Shown here in pieces: positions 23,785 through 36,574 of a stretch of 64,000 bases of DNA. The stretch is from Lama glama (Eukaryota): assembly GCA_028534125.1 (NCBI GenBank), contig CM052851.1, positions 40,672,001 through 40,736,000 of the forward strand, written 5' to 3'. The translations under genes were made by a program, and so were the position numbers. The notes beneath the pieces were generated by a model. It had not been told where the DNA came from. It worked only from the letters and a program-made list of their open reading frames with translations, and searched no databases. The first letter of the stretch is position 1. The number at the start of each line of letters is the position of its first letter.

Positions 23785-24499
23785 GAAATAATTTTGTTTT
23801 ATTAAATGACATAAAGGAAACAAGCGAGAGTCTGAAATGGCTAAATGAGGTGATTGAGAAAGGCTTCATTGAGAAGGTAGCATTTAAGCAGAATCAGCTG
23901 TAAATATTGTGAAACCCCCCCAGTACAGTTCTATTTATTCTGCGATGAGTAAACAAAGCACTTTTCCCTTCAGGTGGAAACTATGAAGAAAGTCTAATTA
24001 CTAGTAGGTCTCTCTTCCTGCCCCACTACTGTCAGCCCTTCCCTCCCAGGTGATTTTTGCTAAGCTATTTGTCATAGGGGTTCGGGGCAAGGGTGGGACT
24101 TAGACATTTGGCGACAGTGAAATATTGTTGACGCATCAAGGGCAAAGCGAAAGAGGCTTGGGAATGCATCAGAAAGGCCCTTGATGGAACTTGGAAAAAG
24201 CTGTCTTCTGTGTTTCTAAGTATGTTTGCATGTGTGTGTGGTTACTAAGTACACGTAAGAGTGTCTTTAGGGGTCTCAGAGCTGAGCTTGGCACAGTGCA
24301 TAGAAACGTTAGTTTCCTCTTCTCTCCTACTGCATTGTCGAGGTGAATCCAGCCACAGAAAGCCAGTCCTCAATCAGCCTACCCTGTCCCCTGAACTTAT
24401 GGGCTTCCAGACCCACCACCAAGGTGATGGGAGCCACAGCTGCATATCAGGGGCCTCGGCTAGTCACTGCTCAAAAGTCACCAAAGGGGGAGGGGGCCT

Positions 24500-24651
24500 C
24501 CTGCTGGGAAGAGCTAGTCCTGGACTCAGATTTCTGTCCAGACCCTGACCTTATTTGCACTGATGTAATCGGCCAATATTGGCATAGTTCTGAGCGAGCT
24601 CACTCCCTGCAGGCTTGGACGTGGGGGTGGTGCTGCTGCCCTCTCTATATA
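24500..24651 (+). promoter_or_regulatory. HPX proximal promoter
   Basis: CTGGGAA (IL-6/STAT3 type) 24504; TATTTGC (FOXA) 24552; TGATGTAAT (C/EBP) 24561; palindrome GCCAATATTGGC 24572; TATATA 24646; ATG 24699. Confidence 0.7.
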
Positions 24652-24698
24652 GGGGCTCAGCCAGGTGCCCAGAGCTGTCCTGGCCTTTCCAGCTCATC

Positions 24699-24769
24699 AT
24701 GGCTTGGGCACTGGGAGCACTGTGGTTGTTGGTGTGCTGGTCTCTGGCTAACACCCACCCTCTTTCTCT
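24699..24769 (+). CDS. HPX: HPX exon 1 (signal peptide)
   Basis: [23 protein letters not shown]; donor ct|gtgagt. Confidence 0.9.
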
Positions 24770-27700
24770 GTGAGTGAAGCTGGGGCAGGCGAAGGAGGGC
24801 TGGGGTCTGGGCTACAGTGGGATAGGGCCAGTATTTAAGCCTGGGGTGAGTTTGGGGTCAGGAGCTAAGGGAGAGGGACTGGGCTCTGTGGACCCGGACA
24901 TCTATCTGTCTCCTCTCTAGGGCCGGTGCCCCTAGCCATGGAGCTGAAGGTGGGAACAGGACCAAGGTGGACCCAAATGTGATCGGTGAGGCTCCGACTC
25001 CCTGAGTCTGTCTGTCTGGCTGTGTCTCTGCGTTGTACCATCTGACTGGTCTTTTACTTGCTATCTCCCCTTCTCCTCCCCAGAACGCTGCTCGGATGGC
25101 TGGGGCTTTGATGCGGCCACCCTGGATGAGCATGGGGCCATGCTGTTTTTAAGAGGTAGGAGGGGCATTCGGGACCACAGACTTGGCCCCCTTCTCGGAG
25201 GGTGTGTCCAACTGTGGGAAATCTTAGGAATCATCTGAGGGTAGCACCCGCCGCTTCTTTGTAATTATCTCAGTAGGCTGAAAGTTTGTTCTGGGTCCCT
25301 CAATGAGTGTGCGTTTTTCAGGGGAGTCAGTGTGGAAGGCTCCCAACTGGACCCGGGAGTTAATCTCGGAAAGGTGGAAGGACTCCCCCGGCCCTGTGGA
25401 CGCTGCCTTTCGCCGTAGTCACAACAGTGTCTTTCTGATCAAGGTATGGCTGGACCAAGGTCAGGGCCGGGCCAGGAAGTGCTGGAATCAACACTAGGGA
25501 CCCTCCCCCAGGTGGCCCTGGCATGGAGCCCTTCCCAACAGGTGCCAGGTTTCCTCTCCGTGTACCTTCTTTTCCTGAGAAAGCCCAGGCTAAGGGAGTG
25601 TGTGTGCATGTGGGCCTGGCAGGCATGACATCCAGCTGCTCTTTTTCAGTCCTTGTCTTCATCCAGACTTCTCTGCTGCTCCTCACACCATCCTCTCCTT
25701 CCTGGAAATTTCTCCCCTTGCTTCCATGACCCCGCCTTGGGTCCTCCTCAGATGCTGGCCAGGTTGTTCACATGACGGCTCTGGGCCGAGGTGCGAGTGG
25801 AGGATGAAACCCAGCGTGCTGTGCTCACCGAGTCCCGTGCCCCAGCCCGGGCTGCGTCTGCTCCTTCCGGCACCTTCTCCTGACTCGCACAAAGACGCTG
25901 TGTTGTTCGGGCGGCTTCACTGCCAGGTTTCTTTTCCTTCCCACCTCTTCTCCTGCTCTTCTCAGGCTCCTTATCCTGGGCCAGTCCCTCAGTGTTCCTT
26001 GGGGATCCAGCCCAGCCTGTCTGTACACCCTCTCTGGGCGATCTCAACCACTGCCATGGCTCTGAGGGCTTTTCACGATGTGGACACCGGGTCTGGATCT
26101 CTTCCGGGAGCTCCAGACAACTCTTTCCAGTTTCCTGGCTGACATCTTCAACTTAGATGTTCTGTAGGCACCTCAAATTCAGCATCCCCCCAAATGGAAT
26201 TTAGTATCTTCCTTACAAACCCACCCCTCCTCCTGTGTCCCTATTTCAGCAAATGGCACCACCCCGTGCTGGTTCCTGCAAGCCAGGAACACATGGGTCT
26301 TGAGATCTGGCCCCTGGTTATCTTTTCAGGTTTACCTTCTCCCCGCCACATTCACTGTGTGAATCTGAGCTCGTGATGTACATGCTACTCCCTCTGCTGG
26401 TAACGTCCTTTCCACACTTGTCCACCTGGAAAATTCCTGCTCAGTTGTTAACCCTTGGCCCAAATGCTTCCTCCTCTGTGTAGCCTTCCAGGAATTCTCT
26501 GGGTAGACTTAGGAACTCCCCCTTTATTCCCAATGCATTTCACATGCTACCACCTTGTGGCTTACATGGCTTGAATTGTAGGACAATTTCCAATTTTGTG
26601 CAGTGAACTCCTTGAAGGCAGAGACAGAGTCTAGTCATCCCTTTATCCCCAGTGCCTCTCACAATATCTGGCATATGGTAGTCATTTCAGCAACTGTTTC
26701 TTGAATGGGTGAATGATCAAACAAATGATGGTGTGGATGGATGGATCGGATCACTGGGGCATGATGATTTGTGGATGTTTGCCCAAACTAGTGGTGTTGC
26801 AAATAACTGTGCCATGGTGGGTGTCTGGTTGCACACAGCCAGATGTGAGGGTTATAGTAATAGTGATGAGATTTGCATAAACTGAGGGTGTGTATTTGTG
26901 CAAGGAGACAGCACACTGTCGTCTACAGATGGATTGAGAGTATGTGGGACTGCAGGAGGATACTGTGTAAGTGCAATAGATCAAAGATGGTGTGTGAGCC
27001 TGCAGAGTGGCAGAGTCTGGGGATGCATATTAAAAACAGAGTGCTTTTGTATGCAGGGGAACAAAGTCTGGGTATACCCTCCTGAGAAGGAGAAAGAATA
27101 TCCACAGTTGCTCCAAGATAAGTTTCCTGGCATCCCATCCCCACTGGATGCAGCTGTGGAATGTCACCATGGAGAATGCCAACAAGAGGGTGTCTTCTTC
27201 TTCCAAGGTCAGTCCAGGCTGGAATAAGAGAGCCTGGAGTAGTGGTGGGCTGGTGGTGATGGAGGCAGTGGTAGGGATGGTGGTGGTGGCGGCGAAACCA
27301 CTATAGGGTTTCCCAAGGAAGGGAAGAAATAGAGAAGCCAATTATAGTCTAGAGGTCAAGTAGGGGAAAAAGAGGAAGTCATCTGGGGAAGGTAATTCTG
27401 CTAAAAGTCCCTCACTGTCCCCTGTGACTCTTTGGACAAATCTATATTCCTTAGTCTTACATACAAGGTTCTCCATGACCAAGTCCCTGTTGATCCCCCA
27501 GCCTCTACTCTTATCAGATCCTTGCCTTGAATAGGAAGCTCCAGGAACTCTATGCTGTTCTGGAGTTCCATCTCCCACTCTTGTCTGCCTTGAAACTCAT
27601 GCTTCAGGTTTTAGTTTAAGTATCACCTTCCCTGGGATGCTTTCTCTGACTCTTCCCACTGCCCTTGCTGAGCTGATCACGTGTACTTTGCTGCTGAATT

Positions 27701-30700
27701 TTACTGTGTGATGACTTTCCTCGACTGTCTCCCTGCTGGGCTGTGAACTCCAGGTGACCAGAACCACATCTGGTCCATTCTGGGGCCCAGTAAAGGACAA
27801 GGGAGGGCATGGCCTGACTGAGTGCTTATTGGTTGATCGGACAAAGGCACACATACGTGGTTCTGGGACTCGACCACGAACACCACAAAGGAGCGTTTCT
27901 GGCCAGCCGTCGGGAACTGCTCCTCTGCCCTGCGATGGCTCAGCCGCTACTACTGCTTCCGGGGGAACCAGTTCCTGCGTTTCGACCCCGTCACGGGAGA
28001 GGTGCAGTCCAAGTACCCTCTGGATGTCCGGGACTACTTTATGCCCTGCCCTGGCAGAGGTGAGAAAGCCCCAGTCCCTGGGGCCTCCTGGACATTGTCC
28101 ACCTTCCCGGAGTTTGCAGACTCCATATGCCCCAGCTCCTACCTTCACCCCGTGGAAGGACACCTTGGCCCTCGCCCTAACCCCTCTTCCACTCTGGCTC
28201 TTCTCAGCTGTCCTCACTTATGGAAAACCTGCACCACCACCACCCCCAGTAACCCCAGCCATCGCTTCCACCTCAGACCTTATTCTGACCCCTTGCCTCC
28301 CTCTGTGCTTCCCCTCACCTATTTCTCCCCACAGGCCATGCACACAAGAATGCGACCCACCGTGGGGATGTGCGCTGCAGCCCAGATCTAGTCTTGTCGG
28401 CACTGCTGTCTGACAACCATGGTGCCACCTATGCGTTCAGCGGTAAGAGAGGCCCTCCAGCTCCCCTGTTTCAGCTCTCCGCACCTCCCGCCTCTTCCAT
28501 GTGCCTCCCGTCTCTGCTGCATTCCCTCCATTTTCATCAATGTGCCCCATACTTCGTCCCTTGGCCCCCATCCTTGCATCCTAGCATGCCCCCTTTCACC
28601 CCTCGTCTCCTAGGATGCCTGTTGCTCAGCCTGTCTCTTGCTGCCCAGGCCTCTAACTCCATCCACCTGTCTGCCTCCCAGTACCATCTGCTCCCGAGTT
28701 GATGCCCTTTCTGGACCTCTCGGCTCCTATGACTCCTCGTAGTCCCTTGGCGCCTGCATATTTTGCAGGGCCCTCTGCCCACCCTCCTCCCTTGAGCTTA
28801 TCCCCAGGAGCTCTATATTTTTCCAGATGCCTGGTTCCTATGTCCAGGCCTCTGACACAGTGTTACTTGGGGATGAGATGTTCCCATTGTTGAGAACCAG
28901 CTAAAAAGCACTCAGTCCCTTGGATCTTTAGGCAATAGCTTCACTAGCTCAAGGAGATTTCTCCTCTGAGTGCCCAGTGAAGACCCTTCTCCCCAGACCT
29001 GTGGCACTATTGGCAAAAAGCCATTTAATGACAGCTAGGGGTGTTCCAGGGCTGCTCAGACAGGTAGTGATGAGTCTTAATCTGTGCTTGAGGACGGCTC
29101 CAAGCGAAGGAGTGGATCACTCCATTGCACTCAGCCTGAGATATTTGTATGATCAGGCAAGAATGTAAAACAGTGGTGAGAACACAGAAGAGCAAAAATC
29201 TTTTCATGCTCTTAACCCCTCAACAAGTCTCATCAGATATGGCTACCAAGCCATAATGAAAAATACACAGTCCCAAAGAGATCATCTCCCCACACTGTGC
29301 TGAGAACAGACGCCTGTGGTGAAAAGGCAGACCTACACTGAGAATACAGGCCAGAGTAAGGGCACAGAAATATCGGGAGAACGTGCAGCTGTTTTTTTAA
29401 AAAGGTTATTTTTCTTTATTCCCAGTGCCCCTGGTCTCATGGCAGGGTCTGCGGGAAATCTCAGGGTCATGCCAACTCCCAGGCTTCCCTGACTCTGCAT
29501 GGCACCTGGGTGCCCCACCAAGGAGCTCAAGTTCCAAAGGCTGGGGGATCTTCAGCTGTGGCTCTTTCTAAAAGCAGTTCCTGGGCACAATGCAGAATCA
29601 GGGTTTCTTGGTCATTCCTCAGTCCCCTTCCCCGAGCACAGGAACAACCCAGCAGCTTGCTCCGTTGGCTTGCTGTGCCCATCCCAGGAAAAGGCGGGGA
29701 GGGGCTCCAGAAAGTGAGTGTCTCCTAGCTGAAAGAAGCTGGGGCCTTTGGTCTAGTTTAACCTGGGGCAGGCCCTGGTGAGAGCAAGGCACCATTGGGA
29801 GGACACACAGACAAAGTGAGACAGCGATGGAGATACAGAGAGATAGACAGAGATGGAGATGGATGGAGAGATGTGGAGATGGAGACGCTGAGAAAACAGG
29901 GCCACAGGACCACACAGAGAGGTAGAGAGATCACCCAGCCATGGCGAGATCACAGAACCTCAAGGCCATGTGTCCATAAACAGAATGTACCTTAAATTCT
30001 AAATCAAAAGTATTAGGCACATTCCATAGCTGTCGAGAGAACACCGTCGTATTAAAAATCTCCAGCTGAGAAGAGAATGCACTGCCTTGGTGACCCAGCC
30101 ACTCAGCACAGGGCTGGGCCTCTCCTGTCTCTTATTGATAAATCCCTTGTCCCTACCTCGGAGCCTCTCACCCACTCTTCCTGCTTTGTCCCAACTTCAG
30201 CTTGAATGTGGACCACCATGCCCTCTCCACTTTCTCTCCGGCCCTGACTTTTTAGCCTCAGAGCCAGCTAATAACTGCCTCGGCTGCCCTTTTTCCTACC
30301 TGGATTTCCAGGGAGAGAACAGGACCAGCCCAGCCCTCACCTTTATTCCAGACCACTGGCTACGGAGGGACTGGGGGCTCAGCACTTATTCACTCTGCAC
30401 AAAGAGCAGCATAGCTCTGATTCTCAAACTAGGGGCCGTGAGCAGGAGGGGAAGGTGGACATGTAGTCACCATGACTCGCACAGTTAATGTGCATAAAGA
30501 GAACCTATGCCTGCACGGAGAACACCAGCTACTTTTCCAGCACCAAATATTTGTCAGGCACCTGATAGGCACTGGGCGTCATTCTAGGCACTGGGATACA
30601 GTCGTCAACACGGCCGATGAGACACCTGCCCTCACAGAGACTGCTAAAGGGAGAGAGGAAAATCAGAAAGAGAAAATGAAAGAGAATACTTTCAAGTAGC

Positions 30701-33226
30701 TTTAATAGCTGTGAACACATCGGAATGCTTCTTATTCTCAAATACCAGGGGTTTAAGAACTGCTGATATTTTCAAATATAAGATTAAAAAATGTTAAGTG
30801 CCCCCCAAAAGCTGGGAAGAAAATAAAACAGGACAATGGGGTAGGAGTGAAGAGAGTGAGGGGCCCCTTCTCTCGAGAGATTTTTGAGCTGAGATTTCAG
30901 TGATTAAAAGGGAATCAGCCACATCAAGCACTGGAGGGAGAAAAGCATTTTCAGGGGGATGGACAGCAAACACTTTGAGGAGTCAAGAAAGGAGGCCAGT
31001 GAGGCGAGAGCATTGGAAAGGAGCTTGAGAAGAGGAAGGCAGGGGCCAGGTGATACAGGCCTGGGAGGGATTTTCAACTCTAAAAGGAAGCCAGGAAGGG
31101 GTTTTGAGTAGGGCCAAGATACATTCTGACTTAGTTTTTTAAAGATCATCCTGGCTTCTTGTGGAATATAAATCTCAGAGATAGAGTTGTGCATGCAGGG
31201 AATCCAGCTAGGAGTTCCTGCAGCTGTCTGGATTAAAGGTGATAACAGCTTGGACTAGGGTGATAGCAGCAGAGGTGGGTGAAGGGTCATCATGATGTAT
31301 TTGGGAAGTCGAGCCAGCAGCATACCCATGCATTGGACATTGGTCAGAGTAGGAAAGAGAAAAGAGAAGTTTTCAGAATGACTTAGCTTTTGGGGACTGG
31401 GCAACTGGGTGACTTGTGGTTCTTTTTCCTAAAATTGGGCAAAAGTAGGGAAGTAGTACAGTGTGTGTGGGGGGGGCAGGAATAAATTTAATGTGTTTTG
31501 GTGCCTAATGGCCTCAAATGGACATGTCAGGTTGGCAGCTGAGTTTCAGCCTGACACTCAAAGGAGAGGTCCAGCAGAGCTGAAGAGGACAGATCGAAAG
31601 TCATCAGCATGTAGATGGCGTTTAAAGCCCTGGACTAGGTGAAATCATCAAGAGAGTAAGTGTGGATAGAGAAGAGGCCCAAACTAGGGGATTCCAATAT
31701 TAGATACCAGGCTGAAGTGGAGTCAAAGAGATAAGGAGGACACTGAAAGAGTGTGAAATCACAGGACCCAAGATCTAAAAAAAGAAATTAAAGGAAGGGA
31801 GCTGTGAGCAGTCAAATGCCACTGAGAGGTAGTGTAAGATAAGACATTAGATGTGGCAAGTTGGAGGATACTGGTGACCTTGCAGAGAAGTATCCACGGA
31901 GGAGGGAAACAGGAGTGGAAGTGAAGTGGGCTGAGGAAGAAAACGTAAATGAGGGTTTATACAGTTCCTTTAATGTGTCATTATGAAAAGGGGAGAGGAA
32001 AGTTAGGGCGCTGGTCTGGCTACTCCACCCTTCTCCCGCTATCTGAAGGGATTAGAGAACCCAGCCAGGGTGAGGACACCCAGGGGAACCTGGCTGCAGT
32101 GCTTCCTTTTTAACTTCTGGCCACCACCTCATTGTAGCGTCTCTGCACACGGACACCTGAGATGCGTAAGGAGCCCCCACCAAACCCCATGGCGTTGGCC
32201 TTACCTGGCAACCTGGCCACTGTTGGCCTTGATGACTTGGCCTTACTAACTCCAATTCCAATCAGGTCTCAACACTCAGCTTTGCCACCCAAGTCCTGCT
32301 CTACACCTTCTCACTGGGCCCCTTTCCTCTTGGCCTCTGGATGCATTCTCTGCTACCTCTCAGGACCCATCCCTGCATCTGTCACTTGCATCTTCACTGC
32401 CTGGCCTCTTACCACCAGCACTAGAGGTGCCTCTGCTACTCTACAGGGTCCAACTACTGGCGTCTGGACACCAGCCGGGAGGGGTGGCATAGCTGGCCCA
32501 TTGACCATCAGTGGCCTCATGGTCCTTCAACAGTGGATGCTGCCTTTTCCTGGGATGATAAACTCTATCTGATCCAGGTGTGTGTTGGGAGAGAAGCTTG
32601 AGGTGGAGACTGGGAGAATATCCAGCTCTATGCTGACTGATGTCCTTTGTCCTCCAGGGCACCCAGGTGTATATTTTCCTGACGAAGGGAGGCTATACCC
32701 TAGTAGAGAATTATCCAAAGCGGCTGGAGAAGGAATTTGGGAGCCCTAGTGGGATCACCCTTGATGCTGTGGATGCAGCCTTTACCTGTCCTGGGTCTTC
32801 TCGGCTCCACATCGTGGCAGGTGAGGAGCGTTTGGTGCTAAGGGGTGGCTTGTTTTGCTACTTCTTCACTGCACAGATCCCCATCGGGGCATGAGAAGGG
32901 CTGGGTAGGAGCCATGAGGTGGAAGCCATGTAATGTCTGGTGTCTTCTTCCCAGGAGAGCGGCTGTGGTGGCTGGACCTGAAGTTAGGACCTAAAGCCAT
33001 GTGGACAGAGCTTCATTGGCCCCACAAGAAGGTCGATGGGGCCCTGTGTACGACAAAATTCCTCGGCCCCAACTCGTGCTCTGCCAAGGGTCTGGGCTTG
33101 TACCTCATCCATGGCCCTAATTTGTTCTGCTACAGTGATGTCGAGAAACTGACCGCAGCCGAGAACCCTCCCCAGCCCCAGAGAGTAAACAGCCTCCTGG
33201 GCTGCCTTCCTTCAAATGGCTCCTGA
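24699..33226 (+). CDS. HPX: Hemopexin, whole CDS span, 455 aa
   Basis: join(24699..24769,24921..24985,25084..25155,25322..25443,27057..27207,27847..28059,28335..28442,32447..32577,32658..32820,32955..33226) = 1368 nt, open. Signal peptide, hemopexin DAA repeats, haem-ligand His motifs GRGH and GWHSWP retained. Confidence 0.96.
24921..24985 (+). CDS. HPX: HPX exon 2
   Basis: [21 protein letters not shown]; ctctag|...|gtgag. Confidence 0.88.
25084..25155 (+). CDS. HPX: HPX exon 3
   Basis: [24 protein letters not shown]. Confidence 0.94.
25322..25443 (+). CDS. HPX: HPX exon 4
   Basis: [41 protein letters not shown]. Confidence 0.95.
27057..27207 (+). CDS. HPX: HPX exon 5
   Basis: [50 protein letters not shown]. 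Confidence 0.95.
27847..28059 (+). CDS. HPX: HPX exon 6
   Basis: [71 protein letters not shown]; weak AAG acceptor. Confidence 0.9.
28335..28442 (+). CDS. HPX: HPX exon 7 (interdomain linker)
   Basis: [36 protein letters not shown]. Confidence 0.94.
32447..32577 (+). CDS. HPX: HPX exon 8
   Basis: [44 protein letters not shown]. Confidence 0.95.
32658..32820 (+). CDS. HPX: HPX exon 9
   Basis: [54 protein letters not shown]. Confidence 0.95.
32955..33226 (+). CDS. HPX: HPX exon 10
   Basis: [32 protein letters not shown]...[17 protein letters not shown]...[10 protein letters not shown]. Confidence 0.95.
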
Positions 33227-33264
33227 ATTGAGTCTGGCCCAGCTCTTCTCTTGGTTTGCCTTAC

Positions 33265-33270
33265 AATAAA
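33265..33270 (+). terminator. HPX polyadenylation signal
   Basis: AATAAA 38 nt after the stop codon. Confidence 0.8.
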
Positions 33271-34399
33271 GCCAGAGGGCTTCTCCGCTTGAATCAAAGA
33301 GCCCTGCTTGTGGGACAATCTCACTTCTGTCTTTGAGTGGAGAAGCTCGTAGCATCTCTTTTGAGGCTCCTAGTGAGGCCGCAGGAGACAAGGAAAGAGA
33401 GGACTGAGGGACAAATCTTATTTCTGCACAAGTGATTCCTGAATCCCGGTCACAAACTGGCTTCTTCCAGACTATTGACACATAGAGGGGGAACAGAGGG
33501 CCAAAGGTAGAGAAAGGAACTGCTGTGTTTACACAGCAAGTAAGAAGCAGCGCCAGGACTCTGCCTCCGTCTGCTAATAACTGACCGCAGCGTGGCCCCA
33601 GGACACGGAGAAAACAGGGCTGGGGGTGGCTGTGCATGCGCAAAGCACCTCACCTCCAAGCTGCTCCATGGCCCCTTCTCCCCGTTCATCATTGTGCCTC
33701 TTCTTCCCAAACTTTCCACGGCGCCCTCTCAAATGCACCCCCTCAATGGTCAATAAGCTTCTCTGTTTTCTTCACACGCTCCACAGTTAATACACTTCTC
33801 TAGCTCTTTACCTTCAGCCTTAATTGAGGCCAGGCTCTGCCCCAGGGGGCCCTCTTCCCTCCCCCACAGCTGTCCCAGTGAATGGGAAGCAGTCTCAGCA
33901 TTGGCAGGACTCCACACACGTCTATGCCATTTTCCTTCCTTCTATGCAGGTTAAATTCCTCTTCCTTCAGCATCGAGCAGTTGAGCCATGCCATTCTTGT
34001 GACCATCATCTACCAATCTCCTGACTATGTCCCCTCAATTGCTGAAGTCCCCATTTCAGCTACCCAGTTAGGAAGGCCAAACTCAGACCCTAATCCTCAT
34101 TCACAGTTGCTCCACCTGTGAAGAGATTCCTTAAATTCCAACATCCCATCTGTGACCCCGACCTCTTACCCTTTATCCACCCTGACCCCCTCATGACTTC
34201 AGTCTCACGCTCCTGCTCTTTGACTTTACAGAGATGTCTGATCCCTTTATTCTCACCCTGTCCTCTGTTCCCTGAAGGCCATTTTTTCCCTACCCAAACT
34301 GAACATCAAGGTTGATCATCTAAACAACTTTCTAAACCATGCTTTTATTTCTCTGCCTCCTTTAACTTCTATTTAATCTAGCCATAAAAAAACAAAGAA

Positions 34400-34530
34400 G
34401 GGGGTGGGGCATAGCTCAGTGGTAGAGCGCATGCTTAGCGTACCTGTGGTCCTGGGTTCAATCCCCAGTACCTCTATAAGTAATACATAAACAAACAAAC
34501 AAACAAACAAATAAATAGAAAAGAATAACA
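34400..34530 (+). mobile_element. tRNA-Ala-derived SINE (camelid vic-1-like)
   Basis: Pol III A box TAGCTCAGTGG, B box GGTTCAATCC, tRNA-Ala(AGC)-like body, A-rich (CAAA)n tail. Confidence 0.8.
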
Positions 34531-34699
34531 AAACCCAGCTTTAGGTCAGAGAAAGAGTGAAAACTTTAGAGTCAGACATATCTGAACTCCAGTCTCAGCT
34601 AGGCCACTTACTAACTCTGGAGGTTTGATACCCTCAGCTTCTCTGAGCTTTGTGTGTGGTGTGTATGTGTGTGCACGCACATGTGTATGCAAAATAGGA

Positions 34700-35725
34700 G
34701 AATGTGTATTGTTTCAATCACCGTTCAATAAGAATACAGAAAGCACTCTAGATATTCCAATTAGATGGGAATTTAAAGCAAGGAATTTGTTACGAAGTTG
34801 TGGGGGAGGTCTGGAGAAGCAGAAGGAGAAAGCAGGGTTACCAGAGACCAGGAAACTACCAGTAATCTTGGCTTAGAGGAGAAAAGGGAGAAAAGGTATT
34901 GCCAAAGATCAAGGAGGTAGAACCCGCAAATCTGCACTGGCTGCTGACAAAGCTGGAGTCTGTATCGCTGACGCTATTGGAAGGGTCTCCATTCGCTAGG
35001 TTGGAACCACTGCTGCTGATGTTGCCAGAGGCACTGCCAAAAGCAGAAGGACTTTTCCCTTCTTCCCACCTTCCTCAAGTGAGGGTTCTCATTGGCAGAA
35101 CCTAATCGGAACGAGGTGACACAGAAATCTGTAAAATACGGTTTTCAGATTTCCAGCCTTGTTGGTACAGAGGAGATTATAGAAGACTGGATGTGGGGCT
35201 GAGTACCAACAGGCAATATCTGTCTCATGTATTCGTCATAACTCTTGGTTGCAAACAATAAAACCCATCTTAAAGTGGTGTAAGCAAAAAAAAAAAAAAA
35301 TCAGCTCATATGACTTCAGGAAAAGGTAAAAAGCTATTAAATTGATGTTATCAGGCATCTGTCCCTTTCCATCCCTTAGCTGTGCTTTCTTTGAGTTGGC
35401 TTCATTCTCAGGCAAGCTCATCCCACCTGACAGCAAGATAAGACCAGGCTTACATTCTACCAGCACCTCCTGCCCAACAGTTGCAGGAAAATTCTTGGAT
35501 CTATTTTCACTGGCTCAAACACAGTCATGTGCCTATCTTTGAATTGATCACTTTGACCTGGGTTAGGAGCCCACCATTAAAGTGGGTTGTGGGGCTGGGA
35601 TGATACCCATCTGAACCACATAGACTTAGACTGGGGAGGGCATGGGTCTTCACAGAAAACTGATGTGCTGTTACTAATTAGAGGGGGAAAGGATGCTGCA
35701 CAGATAACAAAGGCAACAACAACAT
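34700..35725. mobile_element. Ancient MaLR (MLT1-type) LTR fragments
   Basis: ctcttggttgcaaac..aaacccatct..; ttggcttcattctcaggcaagctc; gtcatgtgcctatctttgaa; gtgctgttact..gggggaaaggatgctg. Confidence 0.6.
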
Positions 35726-36574
35726 GTTCATGACAGGATATTTATCTTGCAAGGTTTTCCTTGTTCTCCAACCAACCCTCCTTCCCTTCCTCGGCCCAAG
35801 ACTTTGAAAATATTGATATCACTAGGCATGAAATACCTAAACCTCTTGCTTGCTCCCACCTTATTAATTACCCGACCTACCCCCTATCCTTGCCCCTATC
35901 CCTTCAGCCTGTAAAGTTCAGGTGTCCAGTTCTTCTACATGAGCCCATGATCCCACCTCCTCTCATCACCTCCAGGATCTCTCACCTTCTTTTTTACTTT
36001 GAAATTCATTTTCTCTACTGGTATCTTCTTGTAGTTCATACCCATGTTCAAGTATTCGCCATCTTTAAAAAAAAAAGACAAAATCAGAATCTCTTTAACT
36101 TTATATCACTTTTCATCTACTGTCTATTCTTTCTTCCATATTCCTCAAAAGGGGACCCTGCACTTACTTATTCTACTTCCTCATTTTCCTTTCCTCAATT
36201 CACTGTGGCTTCTGCCTCCATTTCCTGCTGATATAGATCATATCCTGGGGATCCATGACCTCTATGTTGCCAAACTCAAAGGATAACTTTTTGCCTTGAC
36301 TTTGGAAGTCTTTGCTACGTTTGAGGTTGCTGACCACATTTTCTTCCTTGAAAGTCTTTCCTCCCTTGGATTTCTTCCATGACATTACTCTCTCCTGATC
36401 TTCTTTTATTCTCTGTTTCTTCTTAGTTTTCCTCTTGGCCTTCTTTTCCTCTGCTGCCTTGCCAAATGCTGGCATTCCCAAAGTTCAGTCCTCTGTCCCT
36501 TTCTCTTCTCCTCCTATACGCTCCACCTGGGAATGTTTTAGAACGGTCCTGTTGAAGATGGGTGTTGAGGACGT

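Noticed and set aside
27751-27846. Upstream CAG as the true HPX exon 6 acceptor
   Set aside because: Introduces an in-frame TGA; the 27847 start gives the expected 213-nt exon
29061-29147. C/D snoRNA-like GTGATGA...CTGA in HPX intron 7
   Set aside because: Weak, offset terminal stem, no recognisable rRNA guide, atypical position; consistent with chance
34400-34475. tRNA-Ala gene
   Set aside because: Mismatched stems, A-rich retro-tail and no oligo-T terminator indicate a SINE
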